Source: Octopus vulgaris
Lineage: Eukaryota
Assembly (NCBI GenBank): GCA_951406725.2
Contig: OX597823.1
Span: 50,158,001-50,222,000 of the forward strand
DNA length: 64,000 nucleotides
Reading direction: 5' to 3'
The translations under genes were made by a program, and so were the position numbers. The notes under the pieces are model-generated. The model was given only the letters and a program-made list of their open reading frames with translations. It did not search any database and had not been told where the DNA came from. Positions 24,910 through 37,560 of the stretch are shown here, piece by piece. Each line of letters begins with the position of its first letter. Position 1 is the stretch's first letter.

Positions 24910-25462
24910 GGAGCCTCTACGTAGTCGTTCGACCGGCTAAAAATACCAGCTAAGTCTCAGACAGACATTAAATGGGGCTAAACAACAACCAGAACCAATC
25001 TACTGCAAACCAAAGACAGAGAGTCGCCTTTGAGGAGTCATCCGCTCTCCTAGAAATAGCAGCTAAATCGCCTTCAAATCATACCCCTCCTGCCACGTAG
25101 GACAACGTTAGACCCTCATATATAAAAAAGATGAGGTGGTCAAGGCTAGCGCCTCTTTGAACTTTGGTGAGAAATTAAGAAAGCTTAAATAACTAGAACG
25201 AATCTGCTACGAACCAAAGACAGAGAGCTTTTAAAGAGTCATTCGATTAGCTAGAAAAGGCAGTTAAATCTCTTTGAAATCACTGTCGCCCATTTACAAA
25301 AAGATAACACATTGGATAATGTGATCTAAGATATACACTGTCTTAATAAAGAAGTGGAGTTTTCTAGACGGAAATGAGGTGAAGAGGACAGAAGCTGATT
25401 GAATGGTTTAGGAGAGAACTGCCTGACCAGAAACTGATATAGGATTAAGCAGCACCAATAAC
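24910..25462 (+). repeat. Three head-to-tail units of interspersed family D
   Basis: The motif gctagaaatagcagctaaatc recurs at ~24935, ~25050 and ~25250. Other copies at ~4690-4840, 21240-21390, 21995-22240, 31440-31620, 44145-44490, 48350-48520 and 49340-49545. Confidence 0.7.
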
Positions 25463-25784
25463 GACATCACATCTGTATCTCCATTGCCGAAACAATGATG
25501 ACGATTTCTTCTTTAATTTGCAAAATAAAGAAATGATCATACCATTTACCAGTATACGCACAAAGGACAGAATCAGATGATTAGATATAAGTACAGGCAG
25601 ACTTGCATGTTTGCACTTGAACTGACGCGAAATTTGGAATTATATACATAAATGCTTGTTCAAACTACGGCATAATAAATGGAAATGTTAACCAATATCA
25701 TTCAGACCTTGTCATGATAGATGATCAGTGTTGAGGAAATACTAAACTGAATAATAGTTTGTATTGATTGACGGTTTATATATG

Positions 25785-25825
<41 letters not shown>

Positions 25826-25829
<4 letters not shown>

Positions 25830-26279
25830 CAAAACGCCCCCCCCCCCTCCGGTCAATGGACGGTGCTGAGTTGTCAAACATTTAAACCAAATTTTCTCGA
25901 AACAACTTGTCCGACCGTCCCATAGGTCTCCCCCTTTGAGAAACACTGATTTAACCTAAATTTGAGACACCAGCAAAAGAAGAAATAAAGATAGACTTTT
26001 TTTCTATTCCAAAGAAAAACGATTTTATTCACACAAATATGCAACCGAAGAGTTTAAAGTACCAGTAAGTCCATCGCAACAGCTGATGTACTTGCGCGTA
26101 CAAATGCACGTTCCGCAGCTTTATCGATCGCATTCTCACCTGGAATCGATTTTTGTAATTTTTCCAAGATTTATACACGCCATGATACCGTTGGAATCTG
26201 CATAACAAATTTGAGCGCAATCGGATGGAGGATGTCCGAGATCCTAGAAGACACACACACAGACAGACAGAATGGATTT

Positions 26280-26290
<11 letters not shown>
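25826..26290 (-). mobile_element. Helitron-like non-autonomous element between (TA)n tracts
   Basis: Minus strand starts TATAATATAAAATCCATTCTGTCTGTCTGTGTGTG...CCGATTGCGCTCAAATTTG, typical of the 5' region of small Helitrons. The 3' CTAG is not preserved. Confidence 0.5.
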
Positions 26291-26322
<32 letters not shown>

Positions 26323-26669
26323 ACTAATTTGTCAAAGAATCATTGATTAATTAGAGTCATTCGAAGTGGTTCAGATGTATTGCCGAAATTTCAACAACTG
26401 GTAAACGTTATTTATAGGCATTTACTGATATCTATACAATTTAAACCACAGAAAATTAAGTATTAAATAATTTTCTGTGGTTTGAATTATTAAAATCATA
26501 CAAGCTAAAAATATATTCTGTAAAAGTCCATTTGTAATTACATATTCTGTAAAAGCTTCCATCAATAATCTAGACTCATTTCGCAGCTCTTTCTCTAGAA
26601 TCGGTCCTTGTGAAGTATTGAGTTGGACAAAATCACTTTAAAAACCAATAACGGTTTCAATTTTTTCTT

Positions 26670-26865
26670 TTTGATATAAGGCCAGCAGTGTTATGGAGAG
26701 GGGCTAAGTCGATTATATCGACCCCAGTTCTCAACTAATACTTATTTTATTGACAAAATGCAATGACAAAGTCAAAGTTGACCTCGGTGACATTTGAACT
26801 CAGAACGTAGAGCCGGAAGAAATGTCACTGTTCCTGACATGCAACGATTCTGCCAGCTTGACAGC
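26670..26865 (-). mobile_element. SINE B
   Basis: aagtcgattatatcgaccccag...tttgaactcagaacgt...gattctgccagct. Confidence 0.85.
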
Positions 26866-26918
26866 TCTTAAAAATAAAAATAAACTATAATACGATTACT
26901 AAAATGTATAATAGTTAG

Positions 26919-27165
26919 TGGAGGCCAGTGGTTAGGGCAGCGGACTCGCGGTCAGAGGATCGCGGTTTCGATTCCCAGACCGGGCGTTGAGTGTGTTTAT
27001 TGAACGAAAACACCTAAAGCTCCACAAGGCTCCGGGGGCGGTGGCGACCCCTGCTGTACTCTTTCGCCCCAACTTTCTCTCTTTCTTCCTGTTTCTTGAG
27101 TAACGCTGCGATGGACTACGCCACAGAAACCGGGCCCATGAGCCTGGCTAGGCTTGAAAAGGGTG
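26919..27165 (+). mobile_element. SINE C (variant 3' body)
   Basis: ccagtggttagggcagcggactcgcggtc...gtttcgattcccagaccgggcg. Body matches 38808-39097. Confidence 0.9.
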
Positions 27166-27577
27166 CAAAAATAAAATAATAGTGTTACACAATTATTACA
27201 AAGCAGATATATTATCCAATATCTCATCATATAAAATATGGCATTATAAAACGATTTTTTAAAAAAACCTTTATTACATAATAATTTTTTAAAAAATAAA
27301 ATCGGGTGACGAAAAACGTTAAAAACCTGATGCCTAACAACCTAATTTTAATCTCGATTTCGATGAGAAAAACGTACTTTGAGGGCGTAAGAAAGCTTTT
27401 TCTGTTTATGACAAGACAAAATTATGTGACTACCCAAAATGTATTCCAAAAGTAAAGAGGCAGTGTTCTTTGTAAAATATCATTCTTTTTCCGGGAGTTG
27501 AACCGCATCAAGTGACTCCCTTTGGCTAGTAATGCTTGCTAAACTGTCGTTATTGCTATTTTCATACATATATATAT

Positions 27578-27768
27578 AGTTAATCCAAACACACAAAAAA
27601 AAACAAAAACAAAAAAACACAGCAACGCGAGGACGTGGAACAAATAAAAGTATTATTGGACGGTCAGGAAGGGAAGAAGGAGGGTTTAACGTTTCGAGCG
27701 GAGGCTCTTCGTCGGAAACATAGAAGGGAAGACAGAGGGGAAAAAATCGGCAGCGGTACTCACGAGGT

Positions 27769-27775
<7 letters not shown>
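27578..27775 (-). mobile_element. Penelope-like pLTR fragment with a minimal hammerhead motif (27684-27719)
   Basis: Minus strand GTTT-CCGACGA-A-GAGC-CTCC-GCTC-GAAAC-GTT-AAAC, flanked by TA repeats. Confidence 0.65.
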
Positions 27776-27829
<54 letters not shown>

Positions 27830-29254
27830 ATATATGTATGTATATATTTATATAAACATTACTTTTTTTTAGTTTGCTGAAGTCTGAATGTTCCATATTT
27901 GCTTATTCAATATTGTATGTTTTCCTTCCTTTTACTGTTTGTCTTTTTAAAGTTCTGTGTTGGTATTTTTCGCAAGTCCTTACATCGTAGGCGTGTATAT
28001 TATTGCTACTTCTTACCGCTATCTCACACATGAAAGCCATATCGCTATGCAAGTAAACTAGAGTTTACAAAGTAAAACATTTAAAAAAAAAAACGTCAAA
28101 GCGCAATCAATATTTTATATTTCTCCACCCTAATCTAAGCGGGAGTGAACGTTCAACTGCTCAGAATCAGGATAAAAATAAACAAACAAATAAAATAAAT
28201 TACAGAAGTGAAATATTGTAATATTCTTACGTGAGCTCAGTTACAGACGCCTGCTCTTGACAAGCAACAATCATAATAATAATAATACATTCCAAATAGC
28301 CGCTACACTGACTGCTTTCTAGCTAGCTAACTTATCTTTTCTATCCAACCAGCTGATTGCTTTCAGCATAAACCAATATTAGCCATTCATAGAATGTCTA
28401 CGCTCAAGCACACACATTACAAAGACAAATAGCGGAGATTGGTTGGTGTAAAATCAATGCCAACCAACACAAACAGAATAAAAATTTCCTGTCGAAGTTG
28501 TTTGTCCGTTCTGGTGTGTTAATAATCGGCTAATGTTGAAGAGAACGGCACAGAAAATGACATCATAAGATGAAAACATAACAGTAAAATAAAACTCACC
28601 GAAACTTTTTATATTAGAAAACCAGAAAAGGTTTACAGTCTGGTTTTTCTTACTTACGCAAACTGTAAACTTTTCAGAGAAGGAAAAACTGGCACGAAAA
28701 CACCCAGTGACGCCTGCTGCATGAAAACTCAGCGGTAAATTAGATGCTAATATACTTAATGTAGTGAGTCAAGAGATTTTAATTAATCAAAATTGCAATT
28801 GTAGTGATGAGAAAGGAAAAATCATTATACTTAAAGACTAGTTCTGGTAATGACATCAGGGGAGATAATCGCGGAATTTAAATTAAAAATAATTCAGTAT
28901 AGAATGCAACAGGGTTGACAATATGGTGATAATACCAGATATGTTGTTACATGTGTAGGATTGCTCAAGAAAGAAAAACTAACTATTTGTGGTAGAAAGT
29001 AACCCAAAATGAAGATGCTGTGATAGAACGTAATCCCAAATAAATATGTACGTAGGTATGTGAATGAATTACCTACAGGTTGTTTTTTCTGAAGCGGTAA
29101 TTTGATTTCTTTAATAGGATTCTTACCTTTAATAATCAAGATTTTTAAGTATTAAGTAGCGAAAATTAATTAAATATATATTCGTAGCGTTTAGTTCTGT
29201 AAAGTAATGCAATCTGCCGCGAATAACCGAACTTGGCAACCTTGTACAAGTTTT

Positions 29255-29490
29255 CTTTTATTCTTTTACTTGTTTCAGTCATTTGACTGCTGCTATGTTG
29301 GAGCACCGCCCTGAAGGATTTTAGTTGAACAAATCGACCCCAGGACTTATATTTCAAGCCTTCTATCGATTTCTTTTGCCGAACAACTAAGTTACGAAGA
29401 CGTAAACATACCAACACTAGCTGTCAAGCGGTGATGGTGGTGGTGGGGGGGAAAACACATACAGAAAGACATATATATACATATATGATC
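29255..29490 (-). mobile_element. SINE A, 3' half
   Basis: cttttacttgtttcagtcatttgactg...ctgtcaagcggtg. Confidence 0.85.
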
Positions 29491-29864
29491 ACTCATGACC
29501 GAAGGAATTTACAATAGATTACATCTTATGCGCTGTATTGTGTATTGTGTTTTGTTATGCACGTGATCCTCTGGCCTCTGGAAAAATTGTATTGCATGAA
29601 ATCGGTCAGTGGTGCAAAAATGTTTGGAGATTGCAGCTCTAAGAAATAGCTATGATAGAAATTTAGATTCTTTATACACAAAGTTGAGTTTGAGTGGGTT
29701 ACTGTTAGCGTTATAAATTAGACAACGAACTGGTAGGGTCTTTAGCGTATAGGATAAAACGCCATGTGGTACTGGTTTCTGCATTCCGTGTTCGAACTCT
29801 ACGAAGACTAACTTTTTACGTTTTATATCCACTCGAAGTTAATAAAATAAAAAGTTGACATGCA

Positions 29865-29950
29865 ATTAGCGGCGCAAAAATGTGAAAGTAAACTGTTCTA
29901 GAAAAAGGATAAAACACTAAAGCAAACTGCGATAGAAACCGGAAGTGACG
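29865..29950. promoter_or_regulatory. ETS/half-CRE composite CCGGAAGTGACG (29939-29950) plus an E2F-like GCGGCGCAAA
   Basis: Motif match in unique sequence. Function untested. Confidence 0.35.
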
Positions 29951-30994
29951 ACAATGATATCTCATAATTTCATGTAAACTAACGTACATATATTTTATAA
30001 AACATGAAAACCGTATTTTATATAAGATGAAAACAGTCACAAGTACGGGAAAACAGAAGTTAACATATGTTCATGAAGTTATGATGTAAATAAATCATCA
30101 CTAGTCCCACACTGTTGCCTAAGTTTCTTCTAGGCAAGCATCCCTCGCCATTTTATAGTCTGTGTATGGATTCCGTTATTATTTGAATCAACAAAATTAA
30201 GTGAATGGTTAACAACTTCGTGAGTATAGAAGTTGCCGTGAACAACATAAGAAAGCCCCACCACCACCACCATCGGATATCAAACGTGTTTTATGAAATT
30301 TGTGTATATTAGTCTCGTGCCTTTCAGTTTTTATTGCTAATTTACTCCCACCATTTTTACGATGGAGAACAGTGTGTTATTAAATAAAGTACCAAGGCGA
30401 TGGATTGGCGGATTTGCTTGAGCCTTGTAGTATATGTTCCCGGTTTTTACATTCTGACTCTTGGATAGTAGCCGTAATTCATCACTCCGTTTAACACCAA
30501 CACCTTACCCTTAGATGTCTGTTACAAGCATTCAAGCCAGGTTTCCCGTTTAAGGGACAACTTCCTCCTTTGCCTCACACGAGTTTCAGGGAACCTGAAA
30601 AAATAAACGGTCATTGGCACAGCTCTTCTTTCACTGACAAAACGGTGAAAAGTTTTTTTTTTTTTTAATTCTACACCATAAAAAACGAATATCATAATTT
30701 TGAACTTAGATGACCGTTGTTATTTAGCTCCTGGTAAAATATAATGAAAAACAACCCAGACGTGGCTGTCTAGTCTTATTCGTGTATGCAAAGCAACACA
30801 GTCTGATGTGTCATTTCTTTATCTTGTTTAGTTTATCTCCAAGTCAGGAATGATCAAGCAAACTTATACGATCGAAGATATTCCGGTTGTGACCATCATG
30901 CCCCGCATCATTATTGTTGTTGTCTTCTTCTTCTTCTAATCAGGACTCACGCCATTAGCCACAAAGAATAATCTCTAATTCGAGCCTACTCTAA

Positions 30995-31405
30995 GCTACT
31001 AACAATGCGTGTAGCAACTTGAAGATCTACCCACAACATGCGATAGACTGGCGGTTGCACGGGCGCGAAAGCTACGTTGTTATCCCCATTCCGTAAACGG
31101 TGACTTTTAACGGGTGGAGAGCTGAACCATCCTGGGGTACAGAGGATTCGCAATCTAGACTAATGTCTGAAAGTTTACCACACCATAGTGGGCTACACCA
31201 TGGTTCCTCTGCTTTGTGGAAGAAGTAGGAAGAAAGAGTGAGAGAAAGTTGTGGTAAAGAGAACACACACACACACCTGCCGGAGCCTCGTGGAGCTTAG
31301 GTGTTTTTGCTCAATAAACACTCACAATGCCTGGTCTAGGAATCGAAACCGCACTCTTACGACCGCGAGTCCGCTGCCCTAACCACTGGGCCACTGCGCC
31401 TCCAC
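30995..31405 (-). mobile_element. SINE C (another 3' body)
   Basis: Head GGAGGCGCAGTGGCCCAGTGGTTAGGGCAGCGGACTCGCGG at 31405-31365. Confidence 0.9.
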
Positions 31406-32902
31406 TAATTGTTGCTGTTCGAATATAATAAATTTTGACTACATTATCCAATGTGTAACTTTTTATTCAATTTTATTTTAATATAGTAAGGTTTGAGTTG
31501 CGAGAAATTTGGTCGCTGTTTATTGCGAATCGAGAGGTCTCGAAGATGCCTTTTGTATTAATACCACTTGATATGATTTGAGTGCGAGTGACCGCTATTT
31601 CTAGCAAATCGAACGTCCGCAACCTCCGCTCTTTCGTTGGCTCAAACTCAAAATACTTCAACGAAAAACAGATGATACAATAATATTGAAGTCTTCAACA
31701 GTAAACACTAGAACAGGTTTCTATGTAATAAAATAAACTTTAAAAAAAAACGTTGAGTAAAAATTAAATACACACAGCGACCGATTCAATTCTTCATCGC
31801 TATCTACTCTATTTACACCTCTTTTCCGATCTATTGACTTTGACAGAATTGCAGAGCAGCAAATTTTCGGAGCTATGAGGAGTAAATGTAAATAGATTAC
31901 AGCAAAGTTTGTTGAATAAAGTAGGTTCACATTCAGAACAGGTTGGACGTTGCTATTTAAAAGACAAATAGAAAGCAATGATTTTATGTCTAGCTGTTAG
32001 TGTTTGGTTCACCTGTTCGAATAATCTGTCACCTCGAGGAGTCTGCCAGAAAACTAACAAATACTAAAAGTACAGGAATAAAGCAATGATTTAAACGAGA
32101 AAAAACATTATTTACCTTATTTGCCGACATATAATACGAACTTCCCGCTCCCCTCAATCAAAAACTATCCCAAATAAAAAAAATATCCCGGATCCCACAA
32201 AACCCCAATCTTTTTCCTTAATATGCACGTCTAATAATTGGGGTGCTTCTCATATGCCCATGGGTCTTTCATGCCATGAAATTCATGCGTGAAAATATTA
32301 TATGAGTAGGCATACATGCGTATAACTGAATTAATAGACCGCTGAGCAAAATGACTTGTGGCATTTTGTTGCGTTCCCTTTATGCTCTAAGTTCAAAACC
32401 TGCCGATGTTTCACCTTCACCTATTGTATTTCTGAAGGGTCGATAAAGTAAGTCGCAGTGTGGATGTGTGCTCGTGTTGGAACTCAATATAGTGAGGGCT
32501 GGTTTGGCAAGTACTTATGGACTCATTCATGGGCAAACTGCAGCCCGCATGACTTTCTGAATGGCACGCCTAACGAAAAAATTACCGTGAATTTTTTTCT
32601 TTTTTTCGTGGTTGTGATGATTAACAATGTCTCATGCGTCCAGCTTCTCGGAAAAGGTAGCTCGTGCCAGCAGAGCGAGCAAAAAGCTCTTAACAATCCT
32701 GGACCCCGTTGCAGTTTCAATTCCCACTTGACGCTGCGTATGTCTCTAATGGACTTAAGAAATGGAAGAAAAATTTAGTTCCTTTCTTCATGCCTCTCTA
32801 CGTAGATGCTTCGTTAAAATTAAAAGGAATCAGCACATGTACTCAGAAGCATGATCTGTGTTAGGTTAGTATTGTCTCCTGTAGCCTTGAGTTGATAACT
32901 TA

Positions 32903-34093
32903 TGAGGATGGGCTGAAAAATTCATAGGTTGACTATGAAGAAGTGATGCTAGAACTGTGAAATCTTGCATGCATTCAATTTCAACATTTCCACATTGTCT
33001 CTTTCCACGTAAACTGACATCTGACTGTTCAAAGAAGATTTGTAGATGTTCAAAGAAGGCTTCAAAAGTAACTAGTAGCGACTTCTTTTGAAAATTTACG
33101 AAGTTTGACATCGTAGTATTTATCAAGTACCTGCAGAAATTGGATTTAGGCCCAAAGACATTCATGCTAGCGACATAATGGTTGCGACATTTGTGGGTAA
33201 TGCACCAGATTTATCAACAGTGCAAAAGTGGACAACTGAATTTAGGAGGGGAAGTGAGGTCTAGACGTCCTACAACTACCACCACTGAGGAAAACATTGA
33301 TCATGTTCATCACATGCTGATGGATAACAGGTGATTGACTACAAATTAAATAGCCAATGTTATAATCAAATCTCGTGAGAGAGTTGATAATATTCTCCGG
33401 TGGGGGCCATGTCATCTGACACCTGATCACATCACAGGAAAATCTGACATTGTTTGAGGCAAATCCAACTGGCTTCCTTGAACGTTTCCTAATTCATGAT
33501 GAACGTTTCCTAATTCATGATGAGATAAAGAGACAATCCATGTAGAGAAAACATCCCCACTCATCTGTTCCAAAGAAGATCAAGGTCATTTTATCTGTGG
33601 GGAAGGTGGTGGGCTCAGTTTTTTGAGAGATGCAAAAGCTTTTGTGTTTATTGATTATCTTCAAAAGGATCGCACCATCAATGGTGAGTACTATGCAAAC
33701 TTGCTGAGGCAGTTACGAAAGGCTGATAGATCAAACTCGCAGGAAAACTGACGAAAAGGGTTTTGTTTCATCAGAACAATGCTCTCGGTTTCAATGGCTG
33801 TTGTGCATGACTCTGTTTGAACTAGTTGATCATTGTCCCTATTCTTCTGACTGTCATCTGTTCCCCAACATGAAAAAACACTTGGCTAAGAATCCGTATC
33901 GCAGTGGTGATGACGTAATATTTGCTGTTGTTGACGTTTTTGAGCAACAGGATGAAAGCTTCTTTACCTGTGGAATCCAAGCATTGGAACACCGATGGAA
34001 AAAGTGTGTGGACTATGCTGAAAAATAAACCTCATTTAGTCACATTCCATGAGAATATCTCGGTTAGCTTGTGAACTTATTAGCCGATCCTCA
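32903..34093 (+). mobile_element. Mariner transposon, near full length, inactivated
   Basis: TA-flanked TIRs (tatgaggatgggctgaaaaattcatagg / cttgtgaacttattagccgatcctcata). Fragments STVQKWTTEFRRG, FIDYLQKDRTINGEYYANLL, HLFPNMKK and GIQALEHRWKKCV. Has stops, frameshifts and a 21-bp tandem duplication at ~33480-33522. Confidence 0.95.
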
Positions 34094-34180
34094 TAAATGA
34101 TTGTAAATGGAATTTGGCAGTGAGAGAAAAAACTGCGCAGAAGAACGCTGTGTGTCCGCGTATGTTTACACCAGTTAACT

Positions 34181-35022
34181 GACTGTTGCCATAGTAACGA
34201 AGCTAAAGTACGCAGAGTAAAGCTGCTCGGTACAAATTGACCTTAAACTTTGCTGTGCTTGCGCACTAAGTTTTAACATTCTAGCTCATTTCCGCTGTTT
34301 ACAACAGTTCTTAGTAGGAACATGTACAGCGTGTGATCGTCGCATTGACCATGACAGAGAAAGTTGTCATGGAGATACCTGCTCAAAGGCCTACGCAAAG
34401 TTGCCGAAAGTGTATGGAGGCGAGGGTATGAGCCGCACACAAGTGTACGAGTGGTTTAGACGTTTCCAAGATGGCCGAACAAATGTCGATATTGACGAAC
34501 GTTCTGGGAGACCCGCAATCAGCAGAACTGAGGAAAACAGCTGTGAGGGGGAAATCGTCGAATCACCACCCGCGAGTTATCAGGGAATGTGCAGATTAGT
34601 TACGATTTAGTTCAGTTCATTATTACTGGAGATTTGAGTATGAGACGCGTGTCTGCCAAGTTTGTGCCCAAACTGCTTTCAGCTAACCAAAAGGGCACTC
34701 GGGTTTCAATTGTACAAGATCTCCTTGATTGTGTCGAGAACGATGAAAAATTTTGAAAACTTTACTTAGGCCTCTGAGCAGGTATCGCCAAGCTTTTAGC
34801 AAAATTTGTTGCAGATTCTCTGCTCAATTTTCTCTGTCATGGTCAATGCGACGATCACACTCTACACACCTTCCTTCCAAGCACTGCTGTAGCTAGAACG
34901 TTGAAACTTAGTGTGCATACATAACAGAGTTCAAGGTAAATCTGTGCCAAGCAGCTCCACTCTCAGTACTTTAGCTTTGTTTCTATAGCAACAGTCCGGA
35001 TACTTTTGTATCAGACCACTTA
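34181..35022. mobile_element. Mariner-derived foldback element with two 5' ends
   Basis: Plus strand carries the transposase N-terminus (VYGGEGMSRTQVYEWFRRFQDGR...ERSGRP). Minus strand from 34840 reads MTEKIEQRICNKFC*KLGDTCSEA. ~230-bp inverted arms. Confidence 0.9.
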
Positions 35023-35364
35023 TGTAGTGTCTCTTTATGTTAAGTAAACTAGTGGTTCGCCAAACAGATATGGATAAAATATAGACTTGATTAGTATAAT
35101 CGACTAAAAATCTTTGACGTCGATGCTCCTACATGGCCGCAATCCGATGGCTGAAAACAAAAAATAGGTATTTCTTTCTTTGTTTTTATTCTTTTTTGGT
35201 TTTGTTTTTGCTTTCATTAACCCTTTCATCACTCCGTTTTTAATTATATACATAAATTGTGTTTCAATTAATTTTGAGAAAAATCAAGATTTTTTAACGA
35301 TTGAATAATATAACTTTTCATTATGAAGCTGGTGGTTGGAATACCTTCACAAAATGTTCTTATG

Positions 35365-35940
35365 GGCGCAAGCATGGCTGTATGTAAGAAGTTTACTTCC
35401 AAACCTCAGAGTTCCGGGGTCAGTCCAACTGCGTGGCACCTTGGGCAAGTATCTTCTACTATAGTCTCGGACCGACCAAAGCCTTGTGAGTGGATTTGGT
35501 AGACGGAAACTGAAAGAAGCTCGTCGTACATTTATGCTTAGTGGCGTTTTGTCCGGCTATACGTTTTGAGTTCAAATTATTCCGCTATAGTTGATTTTAT
35601 CTTTTATCCTTTCGGGATCGATAAAATAAGTATCAGTTGAGCATTAGGGTCAATGTAATCGACTTACCCCACTTACTGTATGCTGATGAAGTTCATAGCA
35701 TAATAGTTTATTCCTCTGTCATCCTGAACTTGCTGTCCTTATGCTAAAATTTCAAACAAATTTTGAGCGGGGTGGTTAGTCGATTATATCGAATTCGATA
35801 ATTCACTGGGTTTTTACTTTATCGACCATGGAGGAATGAGTAACGAAGTTAACTATGGTATGATTTGAACTCAGAAAGTAAAGAGCCGAAAAAGTACTGC
35901 AATGTATTTTTCCGGAGCTCTAACCATTCTACCGATCCCT
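35365..35940. mobile_element. SINE A 5' half (+), SINE B (+) and SINE B (-) cluster
   Basis: A head at 35365; B core at ~35560-35670; inverted B at ~35770-35940. Confidence 0.8.
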
Positions 35941-36186
35941 ACCAGAACCCATCTATGTAAGCAAAGTAAAAGAAAAATAGCAGTTCAGGAAATGTGCGAA
36001 AGTATACAAATTGTTATATCAAAAGGAGGATTGAGGTAAAGAAGTTATGTTAAAAATCTAATACAAATACATTGTCAGATACTTGTGTAAAAACACACGC
36101 AAAATATATATACAGCGCTGGATTAATCAACAAGCAAAATAAACACCTGCTTATATATAAGGCCTTAATCACTCAGCCTTATATAT

Positions 36187-36395
36187 ATAGTAATCCCTCG
36201 ACTATCGCAGGTGTTATGTTCCAAAACTTCGCACAGAAATCATTAAAATCTAAAAAAAAAAAATAATAATAAATACCTATCGGCCGCAGAAATTCGCAAT
36301 ATACTGAGGATTTCGCGATATAAATTTACATATATTAGCCAGAAAAATCTGCGATGTACTGTGTGCGCGATAGGTGAACCGCGATATAGCGATAC
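36187..36395. mobile_element. Tigger/pogo-like MITE
   Basis: tagtaatccctcgactatcgc ... gcgataggtgaaccgcgatatagcga. Confidence 0.6.
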
Positions 36396-37208
36396 ATACA
36401 ACAACCCTATCCGAAATAGTTGAATTCTTTTTTCATGACACACAAACATCTTAACTGCAATACTAAGACTAGGGGTACCAACATCAAATTAATAATAAAG
36501 AGAGAGGTAAGGTCTCTCTGACCAAAGGAGGGTAGATGACAAAAATGTCGAGGGCAGGAGAGACGAAAGCAGTGTGGGGTATTTATGACCAATCACATCA
36601 TTTAGCACGAAATATTTCAAATTTTGCAAGATAACAGATTTACTCATTGATAAGCAAGATCATATGACAACAGATGTCTAGTTTGCAAGTTAATTACAAG
36701 TTTTTAAGTGCTTTTGTTCAGCTGGCACAGAGAGCAGAGGCAGGTGGAGGTAGAAGAAAACATTGAATGAAAGGGATTCTCGTTCCTGGAGTGGCTTAAG
36801 GAGCAGAATACTCTGGCGCTGGCACTGATTAGCTACATTATTCAACTCGTAGCAAGGCTGGCTTTAGAGCAAAGTTGATCCCATTCAGGAAAAAAAAAAA
36901 AAAAATCTTTTAAATGAATTTTTACTGACACAATCCAGAATTATTCTCTACATACTTTAATATTTAACTTTATCCGAATCTTAGGTAACCAAAATTTAGT
37001 TTCCTGTAAAACATTAAATAACCGTACACCAGTAAGCCAAAACCAGTAAAAGAGTTTGTTTTACGTATATCAATATTTACTGCCTAGTTTGAGTTAGTGT
37101 TGTAAATCTGACAACTTCTAATAACCTATGAAACACAAACATCATTAAAACATAAGCCACATTTAACACGAAACTATTTCAGAAACAAGAGCACTATATT
37201 TTGTCTAT

Positions 37209-37560
37209 TGGCGCAGGTGTGACTGTGTAGTAAAATGTTTGCTTCTCAACCACATGATTCCAGGTTCAGTCCCACGGCATGGCACCTTGCGCAAATATCT
37301 TTTACTATAGCCTCGGTTCGATCAAAGCTTTACGAGTGAATTTGTTAGATTTGTGTTTGCCCCCAACCCACGCCGACGCTTGACAACCGGTGTTTGTGTG
37401 TTTACGGTCCCGTAACTTAACTGTTCAGCAAAATAGACTGATAGAATAAATACCAGGTTTTGAAAAACATAAGTACTGGGGTACACTCACTCGACAAAAA
37501 TTTCTTCCAGGCGGTGCCCCACCATGGTTGCTGTCTAATGAGTGAAACAAGTAAAAGATA
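37209..37560 (+). mobile_element. SINE A
   Basis: ggcgcaggtgtgactgtgtagtaa...gaaacaagtaaaagata. Confidence 0.9.

Noticed and set aside
32116-32130. Mini first exon MSANK|GTAAAT on the minus strand
   Set aside because: The sequence resembles a decayed pogo/Tigger-type TIR (taccgtattt...tataagacg), with related sequence downstream.
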